A stretch of 14,229 nt of DNA from Fonticula alba ATCC 38817. Its lineage: Eukaryota > Protista > Nucleariida. Below the pieces are notes generated by a model. It saw nothing but the letters and a program-made list of their open reading frames with translations, was not told where the DNA came from and made no database searches. Every line of letters starts with the position of its first letter. Position 1 is the first letter of the stretch. A program made the translations under genes and the position numbers. Positions 1-7,239 of the stretch are shown in pieces. Location of the stretch: NCBI GenBank assembly GCA_000388065.2, contig KB932216.1, one strand, 5' to 3'.

Positions 1-115
1 CAAAATAATACCATCAATGACTTTCTCCGGACAGGTGCCATGTGTATGCCTCCCCTCGCAGGGGCGCGCAGAAGGGAGCGGAGGAGAGACCCGGGCAACG
101 GCCCGCCCCCCCCCC

Positions 116-1490
116 CTACAGGAGGGGCGAGGGCTCCGGCGTGGCCGGGCCCCCGAAGGCCGGGCCCTTGCGCCGGACAAACGTCACGGCCCCCCGGCCC
201 GGGCTGGCCGGCGCCGCGTACGACGGCCCCCCCGCCGGCAGCGCACCATAACGCCCGGCGGCCGGCTCGGCCTCCCGGTGCTGGTGCACCGACGCCAGGG
301 CCCCCTGGAAGGCCGGGCTCGCGCCCAGCGCCTGGTTCAGGGTCGTCATGGACCGGTTCAGCTCCAGCAGGGCCAGCACCAAGTCCCGCTGGGCCGGCAG
401 GTCCCCCGGCGCGGGCAGGCTGCCCGGGCCTGGCGCCAGCAGCTGCTGGCCGCCCGCCGGCGAGGGGGACCCAAGAATCCCGGCCGGGCCCGGCGAGCCC
501 AGCAGACCCCCCGACCCCGGGCATGGCGTCCAGTCCGCCGGCCGGGCCAGCTCCCCCGGGCCCGGCGCACCGGCCAGGCGCCCCGGATCGAGGGCCCGGC
601 CAAAGTCCGAGCCCTCCACCCGCGGCGGCGACGCCCCCAGCCGGGGGCTCAGCCTCCGGCTCAGCAGGCTGTCCGTCAAGGGCGACCGGTTGCGCCCGGC
701 GCTGTCCGGCGAGTCCGGCAGCAGGACAATCCGCGGGGGGGACTCCCCCACCCCGGGCGAGGCCGAGTGCGACCCGGCGCCCGGGGCCCAGCCCGACCCG
801 GGATGCCGAGCGGGAGCGGCCTCCGCCGGCAGGGGCGCCGGCCGCGGCATCCGCTCGGCCACGGCGGCCCCTGCTCCGGCCGGCGATGCCGGTGGGCCCG
901 CGGCCCGCCCCCAGGCGGGGCTTGCCACCGAGCCCAGATGCTGATGGGGCGATGGACGCGCCGGGGGCTCCGGCAGCGGGCCCAGCTCGGCGGCCCGCCC
1001 GCCCCACACCGGGGCCGGGGGGGAGGAAGGGGGCCCACGCGGGGCCTGGCCCCAGGCCGGGGCCGCTCCCGGCTCCGGCCCCTGGGAGGCGGCCGACGCG
1101 CGCCGCTGCGACAGCCGGCTGTATGGCGACAGGAAGGCCGAGCTGTCGACCCTGCTGCCGGCCGCCAGACCCGCGGCCGGGGACGCCAGGTCGCTGGCCC
1201 ATTGCGGCCGGCCGCCGCGGAGCCGCTCTTGCACGGAGGCGTGCGTCGATGCCGAGGGAGCTACGCGCGCGCCCGGGGCGCACATATCGCGTGGCAGACA
1301 TGGAATGCACGATACACACGACAAGCACGAGGAAGGCGACAAACACGAGAAAGGCGACAAACACGAGAAAGGCGACAAACACGAGAAAGGCGACAAACAC
1401 GACAAAGATGACAAACGCACAAACACAACAAACATGACAAAAGCACAAACACACAATCGCACAAACACGACAAACACGACAAACGCACAA

Positions 1491-1524
<34 letters not shown>

Positions 1525-4500
1525 GGCAGCGCCGTGACCACAGGCAAAGGCAAGCATCGTCAGTAGCCGGAAGGGAAAGAAAGGAGAGCAGGCAAGGCAC
1601 GGAGCCGGGCAATCGGGAGGCCATACCCTCTGGTGCCGCCGGCAGCGGCGACAAGCCCTCCGCCGGGCCGGCGCCCACGCGCGGCAGACGCCCACGACGA
1701 ACACGCCCCCGCACGAAGTCCGTATTCCAGGGGGAGGCCAGGGCCGCGGCGCGATCGTCCCCGCACGCCAGCCAGTCGCCGGCGCTCGGGGACGCCCGGG
1801 CCCCGGCCTCCAGGCGAGCCACCGCCCCCGGGCCGCCGGCCAGCCGGAAGGACACCACCGCACACCCGGTGGCCAGGACCACGCTCCGACTGCCGGCCAC
1901 ATAGGAAATGGCCACCGGCGCGTCGCGCCGCGCAAACAGCGGCAGCCGCACCGCCCCCGGGCCCCGGGGCAGCGACGAAAAGAGCGTCCGCCCGGTGGCC
2001 AGGCACACGCACCGCGCCTCCAGGTAGTACTGGTCCTCCACGCACGGGCTCACCAGGGCCACCAGGGCCACGGTGCCGTACACGCGGAAGTCCGCCACCG
2101 CCAGGCTCGGCCGCCCGGCCGACGGCCCGCCGCCCGGGGGGGCCCCCCCATCGCGGTCCGAGCCCAGCCGCATTTGCCGCACGGCCGCCAATGCCCGGAG
2201 CAGGCCGCGCGTCAGGGCGGCATCCTGGCCCCCGGGCAGGGCGGCCCCCGGGCCCGGGTCCGGCCGGACCCGGCGCCGGTCCACCTCCCCCAGCACCCGG
2301 CCGAGGCCCGCCAGGTCGAACGTCCGGACCAGGCCACACACCGACACCGTGTGGCACCACGCCCCGGCCAGGGCAAACCGCCGCACCGGGCGCCCGGTCA
2401 CCAGGCGCCCGACAAACCGCACCCCCGGCCCGCCGGGACTCGTGGCCAGCACCAGCACATGCCCCTGCACCAGCAGCAGCAGCAGCAGCAGGTGCCCCTC
2501 CTGGGCGAAGCCCAGCTGCGAGGGCGGGCCGGCCGCCGGGGGCCCGCCGCCACCGGACCTCGGCGACCCGGGGCACTCCCCGGCGCCGGGGCCGCCGCCC
2601 GCGGCCCGGCCAGCCCCATGGCCACCGTCCTCCTCGGCATCGCCATCATCGGCCCCGAGCCCGGGCGCTTGGAGTTCGGTCGCCAGCTCCGCCAGTACGG
2701 ACGGGATCTCGGCCGACTCGCCGAGCAGCCCGCCCCCCGACCGGAAGGGGCTCCAGGCGTGCGCCTCCGACAGGGGGACCGCCACCAGCGACTCGGCCCC
2801 GGCGCCGCGCGCCAGCCGGAGTTCCTGCACTCTCAGCCGGCCGTCGATGTCCACCGAGGCCACGATCAGCCGCGAGTCTGGTCAAATGCGACCGGTCGGT
2901 TGGGCAGGTAGGGGGTTAGGGAGGCAAGTAGGCAAGCAGGCAAGTAGACAGACAGCTAGCCAGCCACTCGAGCAAGCACAGCCATGGCAGACAGACAGCC
3001 ACTCGAGCAAGCACAGCCATGGCAAACTGCCAGACAGCCCCCATCCGGGGCAGGGAGCAAAGGCGGATCGCCGCAGGCAGGCAGGGGAAAAGGAGGAAAG
3101 GAGCAGAAAGAGGGCCACACATGACCCTCCCCGCCACGCAGGCCCCGGGGAGGACGCACCATTCACATGGATTTCGCATGCGGCCACCGGCCGCGGATGG
3201 GCGTCCTCCTGCTCGAAGAGAACGGCCTGCTCATCGCCGGAGAACAGCCTGCCAAGCACGGGCGCGGTTAGCGCATGCCAGCGTGCGCTCGCACAAACAG
3301 CCGACACCCGGGCGAAGGAAAAGGGGGGGAAAAAAAGCAGAAAGAACACCGCCGCCCCCCAGGAAGGGAGGGGGGGGGGGAATGACGCACACCAGACCGC
3401 CCGAGCGCAGGCCGGCCAGCACCAGCGGCACCGCGCCCGCGTCATCGACATCCTCGGCCCCGGCCGAGCGCGGCCCCACCAGCAACTCACGCAGGGACTC
3501 CGCCAGGGCCGCCATGGACCAGGGCCCGGCCGCGCCGGGGGGGACCACCTCCGACAGGGCCGCCACCGGGACGGCCGCCTGTGCCAGGCAGGTCACCCCG
3601 AAGGCGGCCCCGGGGCCCGGGCGCCCGGCCGCGCCATCGGCTCCCGGCTGCCGGGCGGCAAGGGCCCGCGCGGCGTCGACCGCCGCCCCGGCCAGCCGCC
3701 CGAGCAGGGGCGACGCCGGCCGCACACCGGCCGTCATCTCGGCCACCGACCGGTCCCATGCACGCCACAGGGGCGTCACGCCGTCCGGCGGCCGGTCCGA
3801 TGCCGCATCCGGCCACTCGACCGCCGCCAGGCGCCCGGCCGCCAGCGACACATGGACCGGCTGGCCCGGGGCCAGGCGCCCGGGGCCGCCCGCGCCCGCG
3901 GCCTCCGGCCCGGCCACCACCGCCGACCAGCCAGCGGCCCAGGGCCACCCGGCCCCGGGGTCCGGCAGGGCAAGCTGCCGGACCGCCCCATCCGCCCCGG
4001 CCAGCAGCGGCCACCCGCCGGCAGGGCATGGGCCCGGCACCGCGGCCAACACCCGCGGCTCCTGCACCACATCCACCGGGAAGAAGCCGGCCTCCACCGG
4101 CGTCGACACCGCCAGCCGGGCGCCCTCCGGCGTGTGGACATCCGCCAAGTGCAGGAAGTGGGCATCGGCCCGGTCGGCCGCGCGCGCGACCAGATGCTGC
4201 CCCGCCGGCCCGGCGGCCGTCGCCACCGATGGCCCCGCCAGCCGGACCCCCTCCACCACCAGGCGCCCGGTCAGCATGGCCGACAGGCCCCCGGCATCGG
4301 TCACCTCCAGGAAGGTGACCACCGCCGAGGCCGCCGCCGCCGCCGCCGAGGTCGACGCCGCCGCCGGGGCCGCCGCCGCCGCCGCCCGGCGGGGCAGCCG
4401 CACCGCGGCCTCGGCCAGCCCGGACAGGAGCCTCGGCAGCAGGGCCCCGGGCCCGGGGCCGGCCCCGGCCGGGGCCTCGCCCGGGGCCGCCCCCGGGACC

Positions 4501-6676
4501 AACGGCGCCAGGTCAAGCTGCCGCCAGTTGGCCAGCAGCGGCAGGTCCGCCAGCAGGACCGTGCACCCCCGGGCCACGGCCACCACCGACCCGCTGGCCG
4601 CCACATGCAGGCAAAGCCCGGCCAGCAGGCCGGCGCCCGAGGCGGCCCGGCGCTCGGCCGGCTCCTCCGCCCCCCCGGGCCACGGCAGATGGAACCCCAC
4701 GCAGCTCGGCCCCGGGCCGCGGCCAAAGCGCAGCCGGTCAAAGTGCGCCCACCGCCGGGGGACCGCCACCGACAGAACCTGCCCGCCGGCCGTCAGACAC
4801 AGCAGCCGCCGGCCGCCATTGACCACCACCGCCGCGGTCAGAGCCTCGCCGGCCGCCGGCCCGGCCGCCTCGGCCCCGAGCGAGGCCCCCACCACCGGCA
4901 GGCCCCGGCCCGAGGCCCCGGCATCCGGCACCCCGGGCCCCTGGGGCAGATCACTGCGCAGGCATTCGGCCGCATTCCAAAAGTGCACCGGGTCGCCGGC
5001 CACCGAGCCCGGGCACCCGGCCACCGTGGCCAGCGGCCCGATGAACGAGTACAGCTCCTCGGCCAGCTGGGAAAAGCCCCCGCCGGCATGGGACCCGGCC
5101 CCGGACGCCGGCCACAGCCCCGGCAGGTCGGCCGACTGCCGAGCCGGCAGGCTCAGCGGCAGGTCATCCGCCAAGCCGGCCGCCGCGTCCGGGCTCGGGC
5201 AGAACCCGGCCCACACCACCGGGGCGGCGGCTTGGCCGGTGGCCACCGGCCGCCGGACCGCCGGCCCGCCCGGCGTCACCAGAAACACCGACACCGCCCC
5301 GGCCGAGCCCCGGCACACGGCCAGCGCCACACGACGGCATGGCTCCCCCGGCCCGGCGCCCGGCGGGTCCCCCGGCGACAGCCCGCCCGCCAGCGGCCGG
5401 ACCAGCGGCGAGTCCGGCCACACCGGCCAGGCCCCCGGGCCCGGCTGCCGGGCCGCCGGCCCCCCGGCATGCCGTTGGCGGCACCCCTCGCACCGGGGCA
5501 GCAGCCGCCCCGGCCCGGACAGACACGCCGGCAGCCGGGCCAATGCCAGGGCCGTGATCTCGGCCCCGGGGTCCTCGCACTGGGCGTAGGCCACCGGCTG
5601 CCGGAGGCCCGGCTGCCGGGCCACATCCGCCAGCGACCGGGGCCCGGCCGCCGGCCGCCGGCCATGCTCCTCGGCCGGGGCCAGCCCCGGCCACGGGCTC
5701 CCCGGCCAGTCGCCCAGGTCATACACGGCCACCAGCCCCGAGGCCAGCCCCGCGGCCAGGAAGGCCCCGCACCCGGAGAAGGCCAGGCTCACCACCGGGC
5801 AGACCGACCGCGCCAGCGGCACCGACGCGCACAGCGGCCGGCCCAGCACCACCGACCGCCGGCCCTGTCCGGACCCCTCCCAGCAGGGGGCCGTCAGGGT
5901 GATCAGCCCGCCGGGGCCCGGCGACGCGGTGGCCAGCCGCCCGGACCCGGGGTGCGACGCGGCCACCGGCCGCGGCCAGTCGGCCGACAGCCCGGCCGGC
6001 GCCCGCCACTGCCGCTGCTGCTGCTGCTGCTGCTTCAGCGGGTCCCCCCCGGCGAAGGCCGCCTCCTGCGGCTGGTGCACGAAGAGCGGCCCCAGGTCCG
6101 GCGGGAAGAGGGCATGCTGCAGCCCGGTCAGGGCCATCGGCTCCAGGCTGTTCCCGGAGCCGCGCGAAAACTAACACCCAAGCGAAGAGCACAAACGGTC
6201 AGCATGCGTCCATGCGCCCATGGGTCAGGGCGGGGGATAGGGAGTGAGACACCCCCGGGGGCGGTGGCAACGTGCAGCGCAAGTACATCATCATCATCAT
6301 CATCATCATCATAACCATCGACGTCGTGGCCGTCGTCGTCGTGGCCGCCGCCGGTGGCCGCCCCCGCCGAGGGGGCAGCCTCATCCCAGGGCAGGATCTG
6401 GCTGGCGAGCGGGCTGAAGGACCGGGGGCCCGGGCTCGGCCCGAGCCCGGGCGCGCCGGCCGGCCCCGGCCGGAAGAACGGCGACACCGTGGCCGGGGCC
6501 AGCCCCGGCGAGGGGTACCGCGTGCCGAGGGTCAGTCGCGAGCGTAGGTGCGCCCCGCGGCCGACCGGCGTCCGGGCCAGCCCGGCCCCCCGGGGCGCCG
6601 ACCCCGACGAGTAGGACACCACCCCGGCCGGCAGCGACGCCGGGGCCCAGTGGTGCGGCTGGCGCAGGGCATCCAT
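116..6676 (-). CDS. Large divergent WD40/beta-propeller-like protein, about 1880 aa; exons (minus) 6676..~6287, 6170..3391, 3248..3160, 2877..1627, 1260..116
   Basis: The ORFs 6128..7216 (from MDALRQ, ATG at 6676), 3231..6137, 2882..3490 (part) and 116..2863 join in frame through GT-AG introns with matching phases. Blade-like motifs include VVSLAFSGCGAFLAAGLASGLVAVYDL, LLAGADGAVRQL, LVLAGLRSGGLVLF, DAHPRPVAACEI and LIVASVDIDGRLRV. Codons are strongly G/C-ending. The first donor is ambiguous (6286, 6271 or 6250). The stop TAG at 118..116 overlaps a possible donor (GTAGGG at 119), so one further exon cannot be excluded. No specific family recognised. Confidence 0.72.
1323..1412. repeat. Intronic minisatellite, 5 x 18 bp (AAACACGAGAAAGGCGAC)
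   Basis: Three exact central units (1341-1394) flanked by two degenerate units. Confidence 0.95.
1493..1522. repeat. (AC)15 microsatellite in intron
   Basis: Read directly from the sequence. Confidence 0.95.
2878..3159 (-). other. U2 intron (282 nt, phase 1) of the WD40-like gene
   Basis: G|GTGCGT donor; CCCTAAC with branch A at 2916; ACCAG| acceptor; joins IHVN-D-SRLIVASVD. Confidence 0.85.
2961..3024. repeat. Exact 29-bp direct repeat x2 (CAGCCACTCGAGCAAGCACAGCCATGGCA), 35-bp period, intronic
   Basis: Copies at 2961-2989 and 2996-3024. Confidence 0.9.
3249..3390 (-). other. U2 intron (142 nt, phase 2) of the WD40-like gene
   Basis: GT|GTGCGT donor; GCTAAC with branch A at 3268; GGCAG| acceptor; frame closes. 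Confidence 0.85.
6171..6286 (-). other. Probable first intron of the WD40-like gene; donor uncertain (6286, 6271 or 6250)
   Basis: GCTGAC with branch A at 6199 and GTTAG| acceptor at 6171 are clear. Three phase-0 GT candidates exist (GTACTT, GTTGCC, GTCTCA), all weak. Confidence 0.5.
6287..6311 (-). repeat. (GAT)n coding trinucleotide repeat giving a poly-Asp tract
   Basis: ATC repeats on the plus strand; the other two minus frames give poly-Met or stop codons. Confidence 0.8.
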
Positions 6677-7239
6677 GCCGGCGCTTGTGCGAGGGGGAAG
6701 GGGGAAACGGAAAAGGCGAAGGAGAGGAGGAAGGTCTGCGCGCGCGCTCGTGTGTGTGTGTGCGTGTGCGTGTGTGGCAACGAAGTGGCGGAGGAAGAGG
6801 GGGAAGAGTGCCACCGGCCCGGGGCCACTGGTCGGCCAGCGGCACCGGAAAAATGTCCCCCCCCCCCGCCTCGCCGCCCAGGCGGGGGGCCTCGAGTCCC
6901 GGCCCCACCTCCCGACGAGACGATCGCCCAGGTCCGCCCCCGCCTGGGGGGATCCCGCGGCCATCTCCCCGCGCCGGCCCCGCCCTCGCGCGGCGATCTG
7001 CCGCGGACTGCCGCCGTTACCACCGCCGGCGCCGGCCGGCGGGCAAAAGAGACAAGCAAAAAAAGAGACAGGGAGGGCTCTCTGCCGGTCCGCCCCCCCC
7101 CCCCCCCCGCCCCCCGTGTGGCGGCGAAGCAGCGGGCGAGAGAGTGTATTGTTTCCGTGGGTGCCACCGGATTGGCGCACAAACATGGCTCCAGCGGACG
7201 GGAGCGCCACCGGCACGCGGGGGGCCGGGGCATAACGGC

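Larger units (their letters stand above)
1261..1626 (-). other. U2 intron (366 nt, phase 1) of the WD40-like gene with a distant branch site
   Basis: G|GTATGG donor at 1626; CTACTGAC with branch A at 1560; CGTAG| acceptor at 1261; no other AG in the intron on the minus strand. Confidence 0.85.

Noticed and set aside
1305-1904. Repetitive plus-strand peptides (HEKGDK)n, and likewise (EEQRQ)n at 13272..13733 and the K/R/E-rich ORF 6685..7992
   Set aside because: These are translations of the purine-rich complement of intronic minisatellites, with no independent coding signal.
2961-3024. 29-bp direct repeat with internal palindromes (CTCGAG, CCATGG), superficially CRISPR-like or a target-site duplication
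   Set aside because: Only two copies 6 bp apart, with no spacer of CRISPR length, no cas genes and no element between them; best explained as a local tandem duplication in a eukaryotic intron.
2073-6314. Very long plus-strand ORFs (1413 aa at 2073..6314, 856 aa at 3019..5589, and others at 17..1437 and 9564..12171)
   Set aside because: They are antisense shadows of GC-rich minus-strand coding DNA, where stop codons are rare. The translations are Arg/Pro/Gly/Ala noise, and all splice signals and family motifs are on the minus strand.
6199-6384. Poly-Met ORF
   Set aside because: It is the alternative frame of the (GAT)n poly-Asp tract in the WD40-like gene's first exon.
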